Assembly: GCA_963719515.1 (NCBI GenBank)
Contig: CAVRCJ010000003.1
Coordinates: 320,001-384,000, forward strand
Direction of reading: 5' to 3'
DNA from: an uncultured cyanobacterium
GTDB taxonomy: Bacteria > Cyanobacteriota > Cyanobacteriia > CAKZMO01
DNA length: 64,000 nucleotides
Made by a program: the position numbers and the translations under genes. Positions 58,281 through 64,000 of this stretch are shown here, in pieces. The number at the start of each line of letters is the position of its first letter. The first letter of the stretch is position 1. The notes under the pieces were generated by a model, which saw nothing but the letters and a program-made list of their open reading frames with translations, was not told where the DNA came from and did no database searches.

Positions 58281-58462
58281 TGCCTCCTTGACGTAATCCA
58301 AAGGAGCATTGGATTAGATATTTCTGTAACCCGTCAGCCGCGATGACAATCATCAGCACAAATCCCGCTGCAGGTGACTAGAGCGATCGCTCCTAAATCC
58401 ATTCTAGGGTGATGGTCGCCATAATTAGGACTACACTAAGAATTGAGCGTTACCGAACTCCC

Positions 58463-59242
58463 ATGGCACAAGAATCTATTACGTTACTCTCTGGCCGAGA
58501 AATTGAGCAAATGCGAAAAGCGGGGCAGATGGCTGCTGAGCTTTTGGCTTACCTGGAGCCGCTGGTAAAGCCCGGTACGACGACGCTAGAGATCAACGAC
58601 GCCGCCGAGGAGTGGACCCAAAAGCGAGGGGCGAAGAGCGCACCGCTGGGGTACCACGGTTTCCCCAAGTCTCTCTGCACCAGCGTCAACGAGGTTGTCT
58701 GCCACGGCATTCCCAACGCTAAGCAAGTCTTGAAAGATGGAGACATCATCAATATAGATGTGACGCCTATTCTAGACGGCTTCCACGGCGATACTTCCCG
58801 CACCTACTTTGTCGGCACTCCGTCTCCTGTTGCTAAGCGATTGGTAGAGGTCACGGAGGAATGCTTGATGCGGGGCATCGCTCAGGTGAGGCCGGGAGCC
58901 CGCATCGGCGACATTGGCGCTGCTATTCAAGAGTATGCCGAGGCTGAGGGCTTTTCGGTGGTTCGAGATTTTGTCGGCCACGGCGTGGGCCGTATATTCC
59001 ACACCGCTCCTCAGGTGCCTCACTACGGCAAGGCCGGTAAGGGCCGAAAGCTGCGGCGCGGAATGGTGTTTACCATTGAGCCAATGCTCAACGAGGGAGC
59101 CCATGACGTCGAGGTCTTGGACGATGGCTGGACCGCTATCACCAAAGACCACAAGCTCTCAGCCCAGTTTGAGCACACCCTTGTGGTCTCAGAGGACGGC
59201 GCGGATATTCTGACGCTGCTGCCTGAGCGCGTTGTGGCGTGA
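58463..59242 (+). CDS. map: Methionine aminopeptidase type I
   Basis: CTSVNEVVCHGIP, DIINIDV, GHGVG, FTIEPM, SAQFEHT. Confidence 0.98.
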   Translation: MAQESITLLSGREIEQMRKAGQMAAELLAYLEPLVKPGTTTLEINDAAEEWTQKRGAKSAPLGYHGFPKSLCTSVNEVVCHGIPNAKQVLKDGDIINIDVTPILDGFHGDTSRTYFVGTPSPVAKRLVEVTEECLMRGIAQVRPGARIGDIGAAIQEYAEAEGFSVVRDFVGHGVGRIFHTAPQVPHYGKAGKGRKLRRGMVFTIEPMLNEGAHDVEVLDDGWTAITKDHKLSAQFEHTLVVSEDGADILTLLPERVVA

Positions 59243-59272
59243 ACGAGGAGCCTGCTTAAAAGCAGATTGCAC

Positions 59273-60433
59273 CTAAAACCGGTCGGGCATCCAGGGGGAA
59301 GGGCCGGCAAATAGGGCCGCTGCGATCGCCACTGCCTCGTCCGGTCCCGCCAACCAGCCCATCTGCCGCATTTGGTAGGGGGAAAGTAGCCCCGAGTAAA
59401 GTGACGCCAGAGCGCTAGCTGACAGTGACAGCGCCCCCACACTACCCGAGGTTACCTGCCCGCGTCCCTCGCTGACTGACAGCGTCCAGCAGCCCTGGTT
59501 AACGGGCAGCGCCGAGTCCGCAACCTCAAGGCTGAGTTCTGCCGTCACGCCTGTAGGGTAACCCCTCGCCGCTAGGGCCAGGGGAACGTCGACCAGCCGC
59601 AACATCCAATAGCTTAGGTTCTGGAGGTTTGCCGTTTGGTCCGGCAGCAGCAGGGCCATGGGGTCAGCTGCACCACCTCGCCACTGCACGACATTAAACT
59701 GGGAGCTGTGCTGGGCTATGAAAGCCCACAGAGTATGGCCTGCAGCAGGGGTTGCGATCGCCCAATCAACGACGCTGAGGGTAGATTGGGCCTTGAAGCT
59801 GAGGTCATACAAGATGTAGCCCTCAGGGGCATCGCGGCCCATAAGGTAACCGTAAAGGGGACGATCTTCAGACCCCAGGATTTGGGCCCAGAGTCCCGCA
59901 TGGCGATCGAGGTGTCCAGAATGGTGGCATGCATAGCGCTGCTGAATCGGCTGCAGTACCTCACTATCGAACGCCGCTGGCTGCACCGGAAGCGGCATTT
60001 TGCTTACCCCAATTTGATGCGCCGAAACCTGCCAGTCACAGGAGGTTCCGCCCGCGCCATATCCCATTTGCCGATACAGCGGGTCAGCGGCGGAGTAGAG
60101 GGCCGACAGCGGTATCTTTGCGTCGTGCAGCTCGCGCAGCATCCCTTGAAGCAGCGCCCTCGCGTTGCCCTGTCGCCGCGCCTCGGGCAAGATGCTCACC
60201 GCAGCAATGCCCGCCATGGGAATTTTTTGACCGAGCCACCACTGGGCGCTGGGCAACACAACCAGCTGGCCAACGGGATGCGAGTCGCGCTCCACAATGC
60301 GGAATCTTTCGAGGCCGGTCTGCTTTATAGCGCGATCGACGTCGGCTGCTGAGCAGGCAAACCCCTGCTGCTCGGCGCGTCTGATAAAGTCTATGTCTTG
60401 AGCCGTTGCAATTCGGTAATTGTGCGATGTCAC
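59273..60433 (-). CDS. Eis-type GNAT acetyltransferase with a C-terminal SCP2-like domain
   Basis: AGIAAVSILPEARRQG, LYRQMGY, MLRLVDVPLALAARGY, LASLYSG, PWMPDRF. Confidence 0.9.
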   Translation of the reverse strand: MTSHNYRIATAQDIDFIRRAEQQGFACSAADVDRAIKQTGLERFRIVERDSHPVGQLVVLPSAQWWLGQKIPMAGIAAVSILPEARRQGNARALLQGMLRELHDAKIPLSALYSAADPLYRQMGYGAGGTSCDWQVSAHQIGVSKMPLPVQPAAFDSEVLQPIQQRYACHHSGHLDRHAGLWAQILGSEDRPLYGYLMGRDAPEGYILYDLSFKAQSTLSVVDWAIATPAAGHTLWAFIAQHSSQFNVVQWRGGAADPMALLLPDQTANLQNLSYWMLRLVDVPLALAARGYPTGVTAELSLEVADSALPVNQGCWTLSVSEGRGQVTSGSVGALSLSASALASLYSGLLSPYQMRQMGWLAGPDEAVAIAAALFAGPSPWMPDRF

Positions 60434-60595
60434 GCTGTCAGCCCTCGTCTAAGCTGAGACATGGCCATTGGGCACGCTGCCACGAAGCTGCTCGCCTCAA
60501 CTATAGCAGTCAGGGGCAAAAGCAGTTGGGCAGCACAAACAGAGAGGACTGTCTATAAGCTCTCTCTGCATAGCAATATTTGGGTGAAACAGACC

Positions 60596-60775
60596 TTAGT
60601 CGTCGTCGTCCTCGTCTTCCTCGCCTGCCGGATAGACAAAGCTCCGGGAGCGACCGGTGAGCACGGATTTACCGAGAGACAGAGCCTTCTGGGCTTCTAG
60701 CGCAGCCTGGCGCTTCCAGGTAGCCCGGCGCATGCTGCGCTTCGATTTAGATGTTTTCTTCTTGGGGACAGCCAT
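60596..60775 (-). CDS. rpmF: 50S ribosomal protein L32
   Basis: [13 protein letters not shown]...ALSLGKS. Confidence 0.97.
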   Translation of the reverse strand: MAVPKKKTSKSKRSMRRATWKRQAALEAQKALSLGKSVLTGRSRSFVYPAGEEDEDDDD

Positions 60776-61128
60776 GACCGAACCGTGATTCCACAACCTT
60801 TCAAATATAGGCTAAAGCTGCGGTAAGAGCAAGCCCAGAAGTCTCAAAGAGCAATGACAGGATGTTGGGGGTTAGCTAGCAGGGCAGCTAGATGTCTCTG
60901 GCCATAGCCGAAGTCGTACTTCAGGTTGTCAGCCCTTAGTCTTCAGGGTGCTGTTGTTCTCGTTCTCTACCCTCCAGCGAGTACGTCCGGCACGAACGAT
61001 GTCAGCTACCGTCTCATCTATGATGCGGAAATTGGTGGCAAAGGCATTCTTGTAGGTTACTTAGCCATCAGGGCAAGTTATCGTCACCTCGTACCAGTTG
61101 GCCAGTAGCGTATTTCTCCCCGGGATAG

Positions 61129-61165
61129 ATCCCCCCTGCTTCACATAAGGGGGCTGGGGGGATCT
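61129..61165. repeat. Degenerate poly-C/poly-G hairpin repeat
   Basis: GATCCCCCCTGCTTCACATAAGGGGGGCTGGGGGGATC; related to the 29539 element. Confidence 0.5.
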
Positions 61166-61269
61166 CCGATATACACCTAGCAGCCAGAGTTTTTTTACGT
61201 CAGTTCTACCCTTGCCGTGTCGCGGCTGACCCTTCGCGCCTGAGCCATGTCACGGCAAGAATGGTCAGC

Positions 61270-61504
61270 TTACACCGGGGGGGCAATCCGCTTAGTGAGG
61301 ATACGCATAACGTCGCCGGGGTCTGCGGTGCGGAGAACCTCGGTGCTGTGGATGATGGGTAGGGGGATGGACCAGTCATTGATTTCCGCGTAGTCTAGCT
61401 TGTGGGGCCGCTTGCGACAGTGGTCTACGGCGTAGGGATGGCCGAGGGCAATGAGCCGTAGGCGAGTCGGTGCGGCCCTGGAGGCCGTTGATGATGTAGA
61501 TCAT
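61270..61504 (-). pseudogene. Frameshifted small hypothetical protein
   Basis: ATG 61504 is out of frame with RLRLIALGHPYAVDHCRKRPHKLDYAEINDWSIPLP...PGDVMRILTKR*; resembles a small cyanobacterial family (from recall, unverified). Confidence 0.5.
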
Positions 61505-61537
61505 GTTCCTGTGGTTTGGAGGAAAGACGCCCAGGAC

Positions 61538-61658
61538 TAGCCATCCATACGATGAAGAACGGGATGGCTACCACAGGATAAAATCGGCGGTAGCCATTGC
61601 GTTGCTCGTACCAACGTAATGGTGATGCTCCCTGGTCGGTGTTGGCTCACTGCCAGGG
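61538..61658. ncRNA. Candidate structured leader RNA (three hairpins)
   Basis: TAGCCATCC/GGATGGCTA; CCATTGCGTTG/CAACGTAATGG; CCCTGG..GTGTTGGCTCAC..CCAGGG. Confidence 0.45.
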
Positions 61659-62148
61659 GGCGCGCTAAAGTATTGGGCGTCTGATTGATGGGCACGGGTT
61701 AGGTGCCCATGGGTAGAAACTGTAGCGGCTGTTGGGGGCGCTGACAAGTGTACTAAGGAAATTTTTTGGTGGGGGCGATCGCGTTGCTAGCGCTTTCGGA
61801 CTGCTGAGTAGCAAGGAGGGGTTTTGCGATCTTTGCTGTAGGTATGTGGGCGATCGCTGCTGGAGTGCGATCGCTGGGTGAGTGTTATTTAGCGACTGAT
61901 GATTGGGGCTTTGCTCTTTAGCGAGAGCCATCTGCGCTCACTAAGCTTTGATTGTCAGAACTGCATAACTTAGTAGGCCGAATACCGAGATTTTCTGCGT
62001 CCCTGACTGAAATAGCTTCTATCCCCTATCATTTCTGGCTTGCAGCGATTTCCGAACCCGTTAATTTCTCACCAATAGTTAGTGAGATTATAGAGAAGAA
62101 GTCTCGGAGGGCACACAGCACAGCGCTTCACCACAGCTTTCATAAGTC

Positions 62149-62336
62149 ACGTTCAACCCCTAAGAGATTGAACCTCAAGCTTCATCCTCCGAGTTCAGTA
62201 CTAATGCTTCCGAGAAAGTAAGGCGATCGCCGAGTTCAAAGCACCAATTGTCAAGCTCAGAGCCTCACCATTCGAGTTCAGAACCCCAACCGTTAAGCTC
62301 AAACCCTCAACCGCCGAGCTCAGACGCTCGTCAAAA
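62149..62336. repeat. Degenerate 21-nt periodic array
   Basis: RAGYTCA at 62232, 62253, 62274, 62295, 62316 (exact 21-nt period) and at 62191; weaker ACGTTCA at 62149. Confidence 0.7.
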
Positions 62337-62409
62337 AACGACAGGCCCGAGATGTTCATAAACAGGCTCCATAGGGTATTCAACCTATATCGCTTTATTC
62401 AAAAGCTTA

Positions 62410-62754
62410 ATGATTTACATTATCCGCAGCCGCGCCGCTCCCGAGCAAATGCGCCAGATGCTAGAGATATTGGGAATATACATTAAGCTGGCTGTAGATC
62501 TCGAACGCGAAATCTTTGCTGGAGGCGGAGAGCTACACGCCGACTGTGAACTGATTCTGTTGAAAGATGGTAGTCAGCAAGCCGACATTTGGGGAGCCGA
62601 CTGGTATCCACTCAAACAAGCCGTCGGATACGAATCAATCATCAACATCCGCCCCAAAGCCAACAACCGCTCAATGGAAATCCAAGACCCTGCCCTCCGA
62701 GAAAACATTGACCCAATCGTACAATCGCTCTTAGGTGGTGTTCAATGGCAATAA
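62410..62754 (+). CDS. DUF5674 family protein
   Basis: IKLAVDLER..AGGGELHADCE..LL.DGS.Q.DIWGADW..SIINIRP..NRSMEIQD. Confidence 0.85.
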   Translation: MIYIIRSRAAPEQMRQMLEILGIYIKLAVDLEREIFAGGGELHADCELILLKDGSQQADIWGADWYPLKQAVGYESIINIRPKANNRSMEIQDPALRENIDPIVQSLLGGVQWQ

Positions 62755-63020
62755 ACTGGGACATCCTCAAAAGACAATACCTGCAAGCCGACCGAGCAAC
62801 CCAGCTTGACAGCCTTGCGCTGAACCTTACACGCATCCAACTGCTGACCCACAGCGGCACAGACGAGCCCGTCGCCCAGCATCTCATCAGAGAAAGCCAG
62901 TTCTTTATCGAATGGGCTGTCTCCAACATGGACCTGACAACAAATATGACCTTTGCCGCTGAACTAGTCGATCTACAGCGGTTACTCAGTCAGTGGAAAG
63001 TGACATCCTCCCGACGCTGA
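62745..63020 (+). pseudogene. Helical partner of DUF5674, apparently 3'-truncated by an IS remnant
   Basis: Overlaps the DUF5674 stop; frame runs into the IS right end at 63000 (QWK|VTSSRR*). Confidence 0.65.
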
Positions 63021-63391
63021 CAGCAAGCTGTACAGCGCGGGCTTCCTCAGTGACTCCCAGCTATTGCCGAGACATATCCTGAGATAGGTTTATACTCCGC
63101 CTGATGCCCCACGGCAGAGTTTTGAATTTTCATCTCCGCGAGGGAGGATACGCACTATGTGTCGCAGATACATTTGCAAACTGAGGAACGGGTGACTTGC
63201 AGCTTTCGCCTACGGGCCCGTCACACTCTTTGCGGGGTGTATCACCTTGCTATCTCTATCATACCAACTGCTAGCCTCAGCGCTGAGCGCACTATCGGCT
63301 GTGCATCATTTTGCGGGCGCACTTCGGCTAGCGCGACTCTCATCCCGACGCACACCCTGACGGGTAGAGCGCGGGGCTTCCTGTCTAGTAG
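63000..63391 (-). mobile_element. Non-autonomous IS200/IS605 derivative (internally deleted, MITE/PATE-like)
   Basis: Both subterminal hairpins CCCGACGC...AGCGCGGG, right end ...GTCAC, TTTAG flanking the left end, short tnpB-tail-like remnant (NSAVGH). Confidence 0.75.
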
Positions 63392-64000
63392 CTAAATCCT
63401 CTCGCTCTGATTCGCTTAGAAACGATTGGCACTGCTGCTTGTTGTGGCACTAGCCTAGCTCCACCACCTGCTCTTAAACAGTAGCTCTATTTTCGTCAAG
63501 CAATACTAGCGATCGCCCGCAATAATCTACGCTCGGCTTCAAATACTATCTCTATTTGGGCTTATACCTACGGAAAGATGGCTGCTTCAGCGCTTTGCCG
63601 CTATTTTGACGGTATAGCAGGTTAGTAGAACAAAAGACCTCTTTTGAGCTTGAATACCTCCGATCAAATAGCCACGCAGTACTGCGGCATGCCCAACTAA
63701 CCTTGTGCAAAGAGTTTCTCTGTGAAAATAGCAATTATTTCTCATTCTCACTACCCTATCAAACAGCCTTTTGCGGGGGGCTTAGAAGCTCACACCGACA
63801 GCCTCACAAGGCAACTGCAGCGAGCAGGTCACGAGGTTACATTGTTCTCGGCTCTCGGCTCTGACAAAAGCCTGCCTTTCGTCCCTTTCTTCAGACCAAC
63901 AGCGATTGAGATCTTTAGATCCGACGGAGAAATCGTTTCGTATCGAGAGAGACGGTATGTCTCGCTGATGCGCTTTTTGAAGCGCGGCGACTATGATTTG

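Larger units (their letters stand above)
1..64000. repeat. HIP1 octamer GCGATCGC dispersed throughout
   Basis: Dozens of occurrences in coding and intergenic DNA, including inside the heme island and the ATP-grasp gene. Confidence 0.95.

Noticed and set aside
62149..62336. Possible CRISPR or TIGR array
   Set aside because: The constant core is only 7 nt with a 21-nt period, and no cas or other effector gene is in the window. Kept only as an unexplained repeat.
63782..64000. Open minus-strand frame running off the window end
   Set aside because: About 72 codons with no recognisable motif; cannot be assigned without flanking sequence.

Overview
Chromosomal window from a cyanobacterium, shown by very frequent HIP1 octamers (GCGATCGC) and cyanobacterial genes such as ldpA, Tab2, ycf45-like and GH100 invertase; a filamentous, fairly GC-rich lineage is likely but is an inference. 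Most of it is housekeeping: acs, queA, mutL, pgi, mraY, dxr, anmK, map, rpmF and tRNA-Gly(GCC). Three accessory elements stand out. (1) An ~11.5-kb heme/redox island (26404-37875) unusual for cyanobacteria. It encodes a 5-heme and a 6-heme c-type cytochrome (one CX4CH motif), a DUF3365/Tll0287-like cytochrome lipoprotein, a 4-His membrane cytochrome-b-like protein, a single globin, a membrane-anchored tandem di-globin, a thioredoxin and a ChaN heme-binding lipoprotein. Divergently it encodes its own CcsB/CcsA maturation pair and a Rieske lipoprotein. It is a candidate NO/N-oxide/O2 redox module. (2) A two-gene graspetide RiPP locus: an ATP-grasp ligase plus a precursor with five (T/S)TxxxxEE cores behind a ~110-aa leader. 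(3) IS200/IS605 elements: a tnpB-only element whose RuvC-II Glu position is occupied by a tiny repeat insertion, and a 392-bp non-coding derivative with the same end signatures. Also present are an RcaF/RcaC-like regulator module with a shared direct-repeat promoter box, a perfect CRP site upstream of dxr, REP/SDR-type repeats and a degenerate 21-nt array. Several frameshifts (di-globin, ccsB, anmK) look like long-read assembly errors. All family assignments are by motif recognition, without database searches.
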